DNA of 63,390 nucleotides, filler included, from Octopus bimaculoides (taxonomy: Eukaryota), in assembly GCF_001194135.2 (NCBI RefSeq). It is 7 parts of 6 records of this genome, joined end to end, with 100 filler letters (N's around TTAATTAATTAA, not from the genome) between each part and the next. Parts side by side here need not be neighbours in the genome. Positions count along the whole stretch, not along the records: positions 32,442 to 38,705 come from NC_068986.1; positions 38,806 to 41,787 come from NC_068990.1; positions 41,888 to 57,113 come from NC_068990.1; 4 more parts are not named here. One strand, given 5' to 3'. Within the stretch, counting starts at the first letter, position 1; every line of letters begins with the position of its first letter. The position numbers were made by a program, and so were the translations under genes. The notes under the pieces were generated by a model. It made no database searches and was not told where the DNA came from. It was given only the letters and a program-made list of their open reading frames with translations. Of the stretch, positions 36,416 to 49,758 are shown piece after piece.

Positions 36416-36640
36416 ACAGGTTCTATATTTAAGGGATGAAGAATTATGTACATTATTTACATTATTTACAATTTAAGGATATTTGTCCACATCTTGTTTG
36501 TTGTTAACACAATGTTTTGGCTGATATACTCTCCAGTCTTCATCAGGTGTCTTGGGGAAATTTTGAACCTGGGTTCTCATTCCTAAGGTATTTTCCAATG
36601 TTGTTGTTGTTGTTGTTGTTGTTATTATTATTAATATTAC

Positions 36641-36678
<38 letters not shown>

Positions 36679-36763
36679 GGGTCACTGCCCGTGGGCATAT
36701 GGTATAGTGGTTAAGAGTTTGGGCTACTAACTCTAAAATTCCAAGTTCGATTCCAGGCAGTGA

Positions 36764-36810
<47 letters not shown>

Positions 36811-36950
36811 TTGAAAAATACCTTAGGGATGAGAACCTATATTTGAAATTTCCCCAAGACACCTGATGAAGCCTGGAGGGTATATCAGCCGAAACGTTGT
36901 GTTAATAACAAACAAGATGTGGACAAATATCTGTCAAATGTAAATAATGT
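36416..36950. mobile_element. Head-to-head inverted pair of the tRNA-headed hammerhead SINE
   Basis: The minus copy 36416-36689 is truncated inside the tRNA head and has a dead GAAA-to-AAAA core. The plus copy 36692-36950 has an intact head and core (hammerhead 36858-36903). Confidence 0.9.
36858..36903 (+). ncRNA. Minimal hammerhead motif with one stem II mismatch
   Basis: gacac-CTGATGA-a-gcctg[gagggtatat]cagcc-GAAA-CG-TT/gtgtt. Confidence 0.65.
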
Positions 36951-37039
36951 ATGATTTCTTAATTGCCTTCTTCCATTATGTAAGGATAGAATTAGAATTA
37001 TACAAGGATAACAATCTATTAACTCACAATAGAAATAGC

Positions 37040-37525
37040 TACCAATGAAACAAATGTAGAAAAGATTTAATACATTTAGAAGTTTTTACCTTAGAATTAT
37101 TGCGAGTACAAGCATATTCAACTTTTTAGATAGCACTCTGAATTTAGCTTTTGGCACTTAAAGCCCTTATAGAAGACCTAATGAGTATACAAATTTTATT
37201 CACAAAAACCACCTGCCTAATATTCTGTAAAACTTACTCATAAACATCAAGATAAAGGTTTCTAAAATATCATCTAATGAAGAGACCTTAACTGTTGCTG
37301 TATTTTATAATGAGGCATTGAGTAGAAGTGGCTTCAATGACATAATCGAATATATTCTTCCACTATGACCTTCTAATGCTAGAAATACCAGGAACCAGAA
37401 AGATATATAGCATAACCACCTTCACTGACAATTTGAATGTCAGATCTAATTTCCATAATTTAGTCAATAAATTCTTTCCTAGTAGCCATAAGTTCCACAT
37501 AATTTCTAACAGATATAACCTCAAA
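37040..37525 (+). mobile_element. Old, degenerate Naiad-type PLE reverse transcriptase fragment
   Basis: FNFLDSTLNLAFGT*SPYRRPNEYTNFIHKNHLPNIL*NL...VSKISSNEE...FYNEALSRSGFNDIIEY, then FHNLVNKFFPSSHKFHIISNRYNLKL. Colinear with the element at 9426-11618. Confidence 0.8.
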
Positions 37526-38404
37526 TTGAGAGAAATTAGTTCCCTCGCTCACATGATTCCTCATCTCAGTGCAACTGTCTTAATAAGAATACATGCCCTC
37601 TGTATAGTAAATGCCTTCAGAAAAGTTTGTTACTGTGTTAGGATTTCTGCCAATAATAATGCTTTGTTGACTCTACCTAAAACTCATTTAAATCCAAATA
37701 TACTCAGTAGACACACACACATTTAGACATGAAAAAAAATCAGCAACAACACTTGAAATATATCTGGAGTGTAAAAGATAAAAGCACTCCAGCTTCTTAG
37801 ATGCTCCATTATCAAATCTTTTGCTTATATCAATGGATGCAAGTGCCCCACTGCTTATTAAAAAAATCAATATCTTTGTTTCGTTTTTGTATCTGGTTTG
37901 CAAGATTCTTTATGTGAATTCATGTGTTGAAAATGAGAAGGTTGCAAGAAGCAACGAAAGAGCTTTGAAAGACAAAAACAAAACAATCGGATATTTAATG
38001 AGTGTGTTAATTATATTGGCATAATGACTCTCCCTAGACACAACAAAATCAATATCCTTGCAAAACCTTTTAATGTGGTTCCTTTATGTCCTCTCAAAAG
38101 GTAGCTTATTCTATATTTTTTAAGCCAGTCACTGGATGACATTGTACATATATTTACTAACTCTGGAGTCTGTCACAAATCTGTCTTTTAATCCTTTTCT
38201 TATATACATTTTCATTTCATTTCCTATGATTCTTTACCCTTACACATTCCTCTACTCAACACACATGCTCTTAACAGGCTTCCCCTTTATAAACTATTCA
38301 CATTTACATTATACAATCTTCATATACACTATTTGTTTGTTTACTAAATGGATTATATGCCACCATTAAGATTTATGTTTTTTATAAGTACCCTATGTTT
38401 ATAT

Positions 38405-38705
38405 ATCATCATCATCATCATCATCATCGTTTAACGTCCGCTTTCCATGCTAGCATGGGTTGGACGATTTGACTGAGGACTGGTGAAACCGGATGGCAAC
38501 ACCAGGCTCCAGTCTGATTTGGCAGAGTTTCTACAGCTGGATGCCCTTCCTAACGCCAACCACTCAGAGAGTGTAGTGGGTGCTTTTACGTGTCACCCGC
38601 ACGAAAACGGCCACGCTCGAAATGGTGTCTTTTATGTGCCACCCGCACAAGCCAGTCCAGGGGCACTGGCAACGATCTCACTCGAAAATCCTACAGGAGC
38701 CAGTC
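38405..38705 (-). mobile_element. 3' end of an RTE-like LINE or derived SINE with (TGA)n tail
   Basis: (CAT)n-cgtttaacgtccgctttccatgctagcatgggttggacg...ggatgcccttcctaacgccaacc. CpG-rich, so probably young; truncated by a linker. Confidence 0.7.
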
Positions 38706-38867
38706 NNNNNNNNNNNNNNNNNNNNNNNNNNNNNNNNNNNNNNNNNNNNTTAATTAATTAANNNNNNNNNNNNNNNNNNNNNNNNNNNNNNNNNNNNNNN
38801 NNNNNTATATATAATATATACATACATATATATAATATATATAACATATATATATCAAATATATGAC

Positions 38868-38914
<47 letters not shown>

Positions 38915-39704
38915 TATATATATATATACACACACATACATATATATATATATATATGCATAAGGAAGATATACAACAATATATGCATGTGTCTGCTGCG
39001 TGTGGTAACGTGCGTGAGTGTGTTCATGTATTTGTATTTCTATAAAATCATATCAATATCTCTGTATTTGTAGGATTAACAATTACACTTGTGAACTTCC
39101 ACTATTTACAAACGGAAATAAACGAAAAATAGCATTCGTGGATTCACATAAATCAGTGAATATCTTTAGAGAAAAATAACAGTTTTTGCTTTTCTTCACA
39201 TCAATATCAAATATATTCTTAAATAAAGGTACTTTCTGATTTTTTTTTTATTATCCACCGTTTCTATCCCTTATAACGCATTCTTTTTGTGTTTAAGGCG
39301 AGCTCGATTAAATATCTCATATATAAGCATCATTGAATTTCTACTATAAATTCAATAGAATTTGTTCAGTACTAAAATGGAAGGTTAATCATACGTCATT
39401 TGGTTTCTATAGACTTCGCTGACTCTAAATGTATGGTTTCGAATGATTCCAATAAATGTTCAGACTATGATATTGTATTCGCCGTGTCTTTGTTATTAGC
39501 ACAGTTGTATCATTGAAGAATGGGGTTTTGTGTTATTCTTCTACCTTTTGCCACACAATTATTTAGTTATTTTTTCTTTGAGATTTTCCAAATTGCATTT
39601 AAGCCAAATAAAATATTTGCGTTGCTTTAACATTTTTGTTTTGTGTCTTTATTGTTATTTTTTCGAAGAATTTGAAAAGGAAAATTTTAAGGGTTTCTCT
39701 ATTC

Positions 39705-40385
39705 AGACCCAGGTGTGGCTGTGTGGTTAAGAAACTTGCTTCATAACATTATAGTCTTGTGTTCATTTACGTGATGCCTTGAGCCTGGGTCGTCTACAAT
39801 AGTCCCAGGAAACTCTAAACTTGTGAGTACAATTCTTAGACCGATGTGTGCGTGTGTATGTGTATGTGTGTGAGTGAGTATGAGTGTGTGTTTCTATGTG
39901 TGTGTGTGTGCACGTGTATTTGTGTGTGTGCGTGTATTTGTGTGTGAGTGTGAGTATGTGTGAGTTTTATGTGCATGCGTACACGTGTGTTTTTGTGTGT
40001 ACGTGTATTTGTGTGAGTGTGTGTGTGAGTGAGTGAGTGAATGTGTGTGCTTGTGTGAGCGCATGTGTGTGTGAGTGAGTGAGTGAGAGAGTGTGTTTGA
40101 ATGTGTTTGTGTGTGTGCATGTGTATGCGTGTGTTTATGTGTGTGTCTGTGTGTGTGTGCCTGTGTTTCTGTGTGTGCCTGTGTCTCTGTGTGTGCCTGT
40201 GTCTTTATGTTTGTCACGTGATTGAACTCAACACCGCTTGACAATCGGGTTCGTTTGATTACTTCTCTGTATTCTGGCGCTTCAGTAAAGTAGAGACCAA
40301 TAGAATAAATATCGTGTTTCATAATGCGTACATCAGTGCCCCTTCATGACCGCAGTCCAACGAATGGAACAAGTAAAGGAAGATA
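39705..40385 (+). mobile_element. SINE family B split by an expanded (GT)n/(GTGA)n compound microsatellite
   Basis: Head at 39705-39845, repeat tract 39846-40205, tail caccgcttgacaatcgg...tcagtgccccttcatgaccgcagtcc...gaacaagtaaaggaa. Confidence 0.7.
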
Positions 40386-41734
40386 AAATATTTAAAACAA
40401 ATATACACAGTTTTTTGTAATTGCTTTGCAAGATTCTTGATGTGAATTCGTGTTGAAACAAATCTTGTGACTTGGGTGGGCCATTTCACCATTAATGATA
40501 ACAACCGATTGATTAACCAACGCATGAAACGAATTCTCGATTAATTAGTTGGTTAGATATTTAACCAACTGACGAACAATAAAGAAGTGATATTGAACCA
40601 GTGCGGGTGCTCGTTATTATTAGTCTAATGACCCTCCCAAGACAACAAAATATACACAGTTTTATCCTCATATTGGATAAGATATTGGTTACAGATCTGG
40701 ACAGGAAAAATATCTAGTGAATGTTAAAGGAATGTAATTGTAACTGTGTAAGTTGTGTAAAACGGATGTATTATTAACCACACGATTAAGAATATATTCA
40801 ACGGCTGACCTCACTCTTTATTTCGTGGAAGTTGACGTCACCATCTTTAGTCTACTCTTAGAAATTCCAGATTGGTGTCCGGTGTGTTGGAAGACCAGTG
40901 TGAGTGAGGGAGCTCTTAGCGTTTGTTAAAGCGTTTCTCTAGAACCCACTTCAAATCCAGTCTACATCTGCTCTGATAATCGGCGGTGGTTTGGTCAGCG
41001 AATCCTCTGCGACGGTCAACAATCGACGGCTATGGATCACACTTTACCAACGTGTGTATGTATTTAGCCAGGGACCAAATGCGAACTGGAGTCGCCTTGA
41101 TCCACCCCGGGTAAATACCACCGCATGTATAAGTACAAATAGCAAGTATACTAAAACTTTGGAAATGTAATTAATAATGATATAGGCAGTATTTATATCA
41201 AAAGATAATCCGTATCTTCCACTTGAAGTGGGTGTTGGGTTAGAACACACAATACTGCGCTATTTTTCTTGAGAGGACCTCTCATATCAGCATGGATAAT
41301 ATCAGGAAATATGTACAAGAATTTTACAAGAATAAACGTAATTATAATGTAATTTTCTATCAATTTTCACAAATTTCTTGGTGATTCTACAAAATGATGA
41401 AATCAATACTAATTGTCAAAGGAAAAAATATTTATGACCTTAAAATAAAGTTAAAGAAACCAAATTTCTCATTTGCATAACTCCTCCCATAGCTACTGTC
41501 ATCCACTCCCTTTCGTCCTCATCTTCCCTCCCTTATTCCTTCCCTTTTCACTCCCCTCACTTTCCCTCTTCCTCCCTCATCCCCTATTCCTCTTCCACCC
41601 ACTCTCTTCACCCCTCCTTTCCCTCCTTTTCTCCTCACCTTCCATCTCTGTTTCTGCTTCTTTCTCTCCACTTATCCTCTCTCCTCTTACCTTAACTCTC
41701 TTTGTGTATCTGTGTGTTACTTTCCTCCCTCTTT

Positions 41735-41787
<53 letters not shown>

Positions 41788-42465
41788 NNNNNNNNNNNNN
41801 NNNNNNNNNNNNNNNNNNNNNNNNNNNNNNNTTAATTAATTAANNNNNNNNNNNNNNNNNNNNNNNNNNNNNNNNNNNNNNNNNNNNATTGTACTTGCAG
41901 AGACCAACCCAAGTATGTCTGCGTCTCGTGACATATTTTCCCGGTATCCATCCATCCATCCATCCAGCCAGCCAGCCAGCCAGCCAGCCACCCAGCCACC
42001 CAGCCACCCAGCCACCCAGCTACGCACAGCATTGAATGGGCATTGACTCTCTTGTGTGCCTCTACCTTTTGACAGGCTTTGCTTTTCGTCCCGCAAGGTG
42101 TCCACTAAATCACCCTTTTCAACAAGTAAGCTAGGCGGGGTTGCAGATTTAGTCGTCGACGACCCGATCATGCAACAAGTACTGGGTTACATGTTACCCG
42201 TAACGCTCGAAGATGTATAGAATATATTTGTCCAAGTTTGTCTGATTGCCTGTCCCTCTGTCTGTCTGCCTGACTTCAGTTTGCCTGCCTGTTTGCCTGC
42301 CTGTCTGTCTGTCTATTTACGTGTGTATATGTGTATGCATATGTCATGTGTGATAAGTGTTAGTGATATCGCATTCTTGTTATTGTTAGTATGTGATTGT
42401 ACGAACTTACCGTATGACAAAAAAGTGTCGACGCACATACGCGGACGAGCACACACACACACAGA

Positions 42466-42536
<71 letters not shown>

Positions 42537-43240
42537 TAATATTCTCACGCAATAAATATAAAAAATAAAAAAAAAAATAATAAAACCACATGAATTGAAT
42601 TGTGACCATTTTAGAGAAGAAATCGTTAATATATTAGGAATACGGCACGATGGAAATGCTTTGAGATCATATCTGAAATATTCATCGAGGGAAAGTCAGA
42701 TTTGTGAACGTGGGAAATTAGTAGCATATACATCTTACCAATTAATAAAGCTGCAATAAAGTCATGCAATGTGTACTGTATAACCAGACCAATTAAAAGC
42801 TACAAAAGTAGCATCAGTCTACTGGGTATTCGTGCATAATCGGTGTTATGTTATGCTATATATTTCCCTGTAATCACCAAAATATATTCAACTGTATTTC
42901 TTTGTAGTTGTAACTCTGTGGTGTTTCATTTTGGTGTCACCAATTCGAACATAATACAAGTCTGCAAAGGGGAAAAAAATGTATTTTTCTTTAAAATAGA
43001 AATAAATGCTAGAATATCTAGCTATGAAGAAATCATTTCTGGTCGAAATTGTACTACATCTAATTCACAAAATGATAACAGAAGCTAAGACAGATAAGTT
43101 TCTAGTATACGTTTATACATACATACATACATACATACATACATACATACATACATACATACATAAATACATAAATACATACATACATAAAATGTTACAA
43201 GTACCTAGACATAGACGAAAATGAATCACATGAAAGCACT

Positions 43241-43562
43241 GTGAATAAAAATTCTGTGACCCAAGAATATTACACCAGACTTAGGAAAATACGGCAGTCG
43301 GAACTCTCCTCTTACGACAAAAAAATATCCCATATTGCGTTTTCATTACCAGTGCTGATCCCAACATTAGAGATACTTGATTGGTCTAAAGAGGAAACCC
43401 ACTCCATAGATAACAAAACCCGCAAAATACGGACAACAACTGGGAATTCCTCAGAAACAGTGATGCTGATACTCTCTACCTAAGAAGAAATGCTGGTAGA
43501 AACCCGTGATCAGTGCTGAAGGCCTTCCAATGCCGCAAAATATCACTCAGGCAGCACCTTCT
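43241..43562 (+). mobile_element. RT C-terminal fragment of an R4/Dong/HERO-like LINE
   Basis: QEYYTRLRKIRQSELSSYDKKISHIAFSLPVLIPTLEILDWSKEETHSIDNKTRK...SDADTLYLRRNAGR...FQCRKISLRQHL. Confidence 0.82.
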
Positions 43563-43900
43563 AAACAGTTTAAGCTACCTGTTGTCATCCGCAGTCGTGG
43601 TATATTTCTGTTGGATCTACTTCAGGAAGAACCAAAAGTCACAAGAGACAAGGTCTGGACTGGAGAGAGGGTAGAAAAAGTCTTGATGCCAATCTCTGTC
43701 AATTAGTTGGTTGGCAGGATGCATGTGACTGAGAACCCTAGCAACAACCTTTGCAGAAATTTTGCACATGTTCAGAATAATTCTGTGTACATTTGACACA
43801 CCAGCTCCAAACTGTTTGGTTCTTGTCTTTATAGACACACGATAGTCTTTATCTAGAAAATTATCAATTTTCTCAACCAGCTCTGATGCTCTCACGTCCC
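43563..43900 (-). mobile_element. Internally deleted mariner remnant
   Basis: VEKIDNFLDKDYRVSIK...MCKISAKVVARVL (HTH / WVP.EL region) fused to YPLSSPDLVSCDFWFFLK (YSPDLAP.DF motif). Confidence 0.8.
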
Positions 43901-44923
43901 TCTCCCTCCTCCCTACCGTCCTCGAATCTCTTGTGCCTGTGAAAGAGTTAATCCATAAGCTGTCAGGAGTATTTCATCAGTCTGTAGCGTCTTCTCTCAG
44001 TTTAATACAAACCTTCATTGCATAATGAGGTTCCAAACAACCCAACTACATTCTGCTAACTAGTCAGCTGTGACCAATAGCGTTTGATATAGTATGTGCA
44101 AAATGCTATGACAGCTGTCTCCTTCCGTCTTGTATAACTGATGTTGGTAGTTCAGATAATTAGATATATAGTAATGATATACTAAAATTACAATAATGCA
44201 GTACAGTTATAACTGCTTCTAAAAAGGTCTCAAATCTTCTTGAATGAACCTCGTTCGCGCGCATACACACAAAAACGTATGTATATATGATTGTATATGT
44301 ATGCTTTGATCTCTTTTATATTTTCAGAAATATATTTTAATATGTGTACGCTTCATTTATTTTCCCAATCTATGCTATACTCCATCTTTCTCCGCGCATT
44401 TCCGGGATTCTAGTATAATCATTTCTCCACTTTTCTATCCCTATTGTATGTCGCCTCATTTTCTTCCACTTCCCTCTTCTTTACCAACATCATCCATCCT
44501 TTCATTGTACTTACGCTTACCCTCCTCTTTCTTTCTTCCTTGTTGTTTTCTTCTCAGTATGAACTTCCTTCTCCGCCTTTTCTACAATTTCTATATTTTA
44601 TCTTTTTGATATTTACAATAACTACCCCACGATTCATGCAACAAAATAATATGTTTCTAAAGCCAAGTCCTAGGCTAATCGAACATAATCGGTGTTTCAT
44701 ATTAGCTTTAATTGATTGAGTTTTAGAGTTGACTTTAAATATCTTCAGAAAATTCTTCAGCCTTTTTGTCTGAAGATCGCAAACGTGAAACTCGGAAGAT
44801 TGATAGATTGAAATTTCCAATAAAGTCTGTTATAGACTTTCTCTCTTTCTCTATCTGTCTACCGGTCTGTCTGCCTGTCTAACACTCACTATCTTTCTCT
44901 TTCTCTCTTAGTCTCTATCTGTC

Positions 44924-45014
<91 letters not shown>

Positions 45015-45543
45015 CTCTCTTAGTGTCTGTATGTCCAACTCTCTACCCCTTTTCCAGTTTTCCTTTCTCACATATCTAGTACTTTGCCACTGCAGAAATA
45101 TGTTTGTAAACACCTCTATTGGTTCTTTGACATGATACTTATATACTTTTGAGACGGTTTTACAACCAGGTACAAAAGAACATTTGTCTGCCTGTGTGTT
45201 TGTATGAATGTGTGCATGGAAGTTTGTGTATGTTTGTGTGCTTATCTGTTAGTGTTATGCGCGTGTCTCTGTGTATGTGCTCTGAGATTTTTCTTATTTG
45301 TAGTCTTCGTCACATTCTTTCAAGAAATAGATCTCTTTATCAATTCACCTACACACACATGCACACACGCTCGCACACACTCGCACACGCACGCACACAC
45401 ATGCACACAAAAACAAACATATATGCTCATGTCTATAAATGCATATGATTGTGCATTCATACATGCATACATTCATATATATGTATATATATATATGTCT
45501 GTTTATGTATATATGTATATATATATATATATATACATGCATG

Positions 45544-45622
<79 letters not shown>

Positions 45623-48559
45623 ATATATATATACACGCATATGTACATGTGTGTGAGTGTGTGTATATGTATGTTATTTCAAGGGATTCGTTTTCCTTAT
45701 ATCCTACGTCTACATAGCGACCACGAATCGTCTAAGCATGCAGAGTCACGAAAATCATAGGAAATAAGTCCAGTGTATTTCAGCAGTTTAATTGATCCTA
45801 TTGACTTACTATTGTAAATCACACTTACTTTTTTGTATCAGGCATCGGTTTTATATTCTTAGAATTTCCTGCGTAAAATAATTGTATTTTCTTTTCTCTC
45901 TCTATATATATTTATTTGTTTTGGCTTAACTTGAAACTTGTTCCTGTGGATTGCAATAGGATGAGAGAAGCTAGGTTTCACTCAACTCACGGGTTAAGTA
46001 GTTATACGTGACGAGAAGTGTAAAGCTTGCTTCATTGATTAAGTAGGATGCTGTAAGAAGATAATCCATTTCAACTTGAAGGAAATATCGGTGAACAAAG
46101 ATATATATATTTATATATTGGAATCTATGTACACACCATACATACACAGAAAAACACACATATATATCTATGCATATTTTTATACATGTGTATATGCAAA
46201 TACATTCGTATATATATATATGTATATATATATACATAATGTATATATACATAATATATATATATATATATTTGCATACACATATAAACGTCTGCCTCTG
46301 TCTGTGCTACTGTTTGTGTGTACTTGTGTGTTGTGTGTGCATGTGTACATGTGTGTGTGTGTGAATGTGTATGTGTGTGATTGCGTGCATGTGTGAGTCT
46401 TCAAATACGAAGAATGAATACGAACATCAGAAGTACCTGCACCGTCTGTTTGTGGTGTGAGATCAGAAAGGAGACGCATCAGAGGTGTGTCTTAATGCTG
46501 ATTAACCAAACGTTCCTCACACTCTGATTGTGTCTACATTGTTGTCAAAACAAAATACACAGTCGTACGCCGTCTAAAGCAACTACCGTATTTAAAAATG
46601 GAAATAAAAAGCAAAACTGCAGTGTGTGATGTGAGGGAATTTCTATTGATATTTCTTGTAAATGGATCTGCAAAACAGACGCTTCCTCGTTGGCTGCAAA
46701 TCGTTATTGCTATGGTTGTGGTTTAGCCTATGACAAGAACTCGTTGGGGAGATACATGCTGGAACGTTTTACAGTGTTGAACATATGATACTAATCTGTG
46801 CACCTAACTCAGGCGAAGCTAGTACCTGCTTACAAGATTTTGTCTCTTTAAAACCATTTATGTCATGCCGTTTCATACCAGAATGTACTATGTTGCGATC
46901 GTTCTGACTCAGTCACACGTTTGGATATAACACAATGATTTGATACATTGACTTCCGGGGATTCCTCAATCATTCGGCTTATCAATATCCTGACTTGCAT
47001 TGGTTGCTCGCTCTGTTTTCGTCTATTACATCATTTTGCGTCCCTTTGTATTACACACGTAAAACCGAGTTTGGATTTTCCGACATGCAGATTCCCTACG
47101 ACAACTGCATATTCAAGCCAAGTATCAGTTCTAGATTTGGTACTCCTGTGCTATCGTAACAACACCAGCACCCATTTAAATGGTTTCGTCCCACAGTTTT
47201 GGGGTTACAGCTCAAATCCTGACTAAACAAAAGGTCAAACCCTATTGTTTCTCAAGACCGGCTTTCATAAAAAAAATGACTAGTCATGGATATTTCATAC
47301 TTTCTATTCGTAATATATATGAAACAAACATGTCTCTGATATACATGTAGATTTTGTTGGATTGCCAGAATCGGCTGAGCGGCAGCAGTGAAGAAAGCGC
47401 CATATAGTATCTAGTTTTGCTATGAACAAAACGCCATATAATATCTAGTTTGCTCCGTCACGTTCTCATCTCCAGACTTATCGGTGTGAATTTTACGATT
47501 GATACTTTCAGAGTTTGTATAATTATTACCAGTAGTATCCTGGAGTTTATTATTGTAGTCAATACTTATTTCAACAAAGTATTTTTGCGTGTTCAAATTT
47601 GAAGTGAATTATTTATGTTCTGGTTTAATATCATTCGGAGTTACGTTTTTTCCCTTATTATTAACTTCTCTTCAGCTCTGATCAAGCACATATATGATCA
47701 AACGACTCCTTCGGCAGTTATTACTTATTATTTATTCATAGTGCCTTTAGGAATACATTAACCAAAGTATACCTCTGTGGCTTTTAGAGACAACATGGTA
47801 CACAGTAATATCGATTTGGCTATTATTTCTAACAGGTCGAACGACCATCTGGGATCTGTATATTGAGTCCTATAATTCAAGTGAGGCTTTAGCTATTTAG
47901 TACGCTCTCAACCCTATTCTGTCATACATATAATCAAGATGTTCCATCCATGAACATCCCGTCCTTTTATCAAATAATGTATATTTGCAACTAAATAGTC
48001 CAACTTTCTTGCTCTTCCTAAATTGTAGGCCATGCGAGTTAAAGATTTACTTCCTATTTCTAGCAGACTAAGCACTCTCGTAGCAACGCTCCCGTTAGAT
48101 TCTTATGGATGAATTGGTTTTGGTATAGTTTAACTTCAGCTAAGCCCTGATAGAGCCAACACAGACCTACAGCAGTAGATCAGGAATATTACTGATAGAC
48201 CACGAAAGCTACAGACATAGCACTTTTCATATTTTTAGGCATATCTATTATCACATATCGTTAACTTGTGCTGGTTATTGGACTGCAACTATGTTTCGAC
48301 ACCGCTTTGGAGAGTTTAGTTGAAAACAAAACGTTTCCAGAGTTTAGTTTTTGAGTTCAGTAATTATTCTACAGGTTTCTTGCTCCCTAATTTACTGGGG
48401 CGTCGACAAATCACCATCGTTCATTAAACGGTGCTGGGGGACTTGCACAAACACAAAGACATACATATATACCTATTTTATTATTCTATTACCGGTCTCA
48501 ACCGGGGCCTGTGGCGCTGCTGAGGTACAGCTGCGCGCGTGTGTGCATGTGCATATATA

Positions 48560-49000
48560 GGACGAGCTTTCACACAATTTCCGCCAAACAAATTCACTCA
48601 CAAACGATTGGTCGGCTTGGAAGAGGTAGTAGTTGCCCAAGGAACTGCACCGTGGAAGTGAATCAGAAATGACATGGATGTGAACCTGAAACTACGAAGT
48701 TATGCCTGCGTCCATCTTCTAATAAACTGTCTGGCATAATATTTCTTTACTTAACCCTAAGATATATCGTGGTGAGCTGGTGGAATCATTAGCACCCGGA
48801 GGTAACTGTTTAGTAGCATTTCATTTGTCTTTACGTTCTCAGTTCAAATCCAGGTGAAGTCACCCTTGCTTTTCATCCTTTTGATAAAATAATGTACCAA
48901 AATGTGAAAGCGATATGTATGATACCAGTAAGATCCTGGAGACAAAGGCCAATCAACTATGTCAGTTTCTTACAAATTCAATGCTTTGTGCCAAAGATAA
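48560..49000. mobile_element. Degenerate SINE B (minus, about 48560-48710) and SINE A (plus, about 48770-49000)
   Basis: aaattcactcacaaacgattggtcggcttgg...ttgcccaagg; ggtgagctggtggaatcattagcacc...ttacgttctcagttcaaatcc. Confidence 0.65.
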
Positions 49001-49651
49001 AAATCAATATGATATTTTTCTGTAAAACACAGTAAATGAGAGGCTTTAGACTAAAGAAACATTCTGAACATCAGTCGTCCGTTTTATTTTTATCATAAGA
49101 TTGTTCATTTTCTATAAAAACAACATCAACTACAAAAAGCTAAAAAGAAAGAAAAGAAGTAAATTTGCAGAGCTAAAAACAAAACTGCATCATTTTAAAA
49201 TAAGTTATCGACAAATTCCATTATTTTTNNNNNNNNNNNNNNNNNNNNNNNNNNNNNNNNNNNNNNNNNNNNNNNNNNNNNNNNNNNNNNNNNNNNNNNN
49301 NNNNNNNNNNNNNNNNNNNNNNNNNNNNNNNNNNNNNNNNNNNNNNNNNNNNNNNNNNNNNNNNNNNNNNNNNNNNNNNNNNNNNNNNNNNNNNNNNNNN
49401 NNNNNNNNNNNNNNNNNNNNNNNNNNNNNNNNNNNNNNNNNNNNNNNNNNNNNNNNNNNNNNNNNNNNNNNNNNNNNNNNNNNNNNNNNNNNNNNNNNNN
49501 NNNNNNNNNNNNNNNNNNNNNNNNNNNNNNNNNNNNNNNNNNNNNNNNNNNNNNNNNNNNNNNNNNNNNNNNNNNNNNNNNNNNNNNNNNNNNNNNNNNN
49601 NNNNNNNNNNNNNNNNNNNNNNNNNNNNNNNNNNNNNNNNNNNNNNNNNNN

Positions 49652-49726
49652 TCGTTATCATCATCATCACCACCACCGTCATAACCAATCATCATACCAA
49701 CATCACCGTTCTCCTCCTCCTCCCCC

Positions 49727-49758
<32 letters not shown>

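Noticed and set aside
37376-37726. 116-aa ORF as a host gene
   Set aside because: Its N-terminal part is a decayed Naiad PLE segment (FP..HKFH.I.NR..LKL) continuing the RT fragment upstream.
40930-41067. LDLa-like peptide YICSDN...ILCDG
   Set aside because: Cys spacing and the D-x-S-D-E motif are missing, and there is an upstream in-frame stop with no acceptor.
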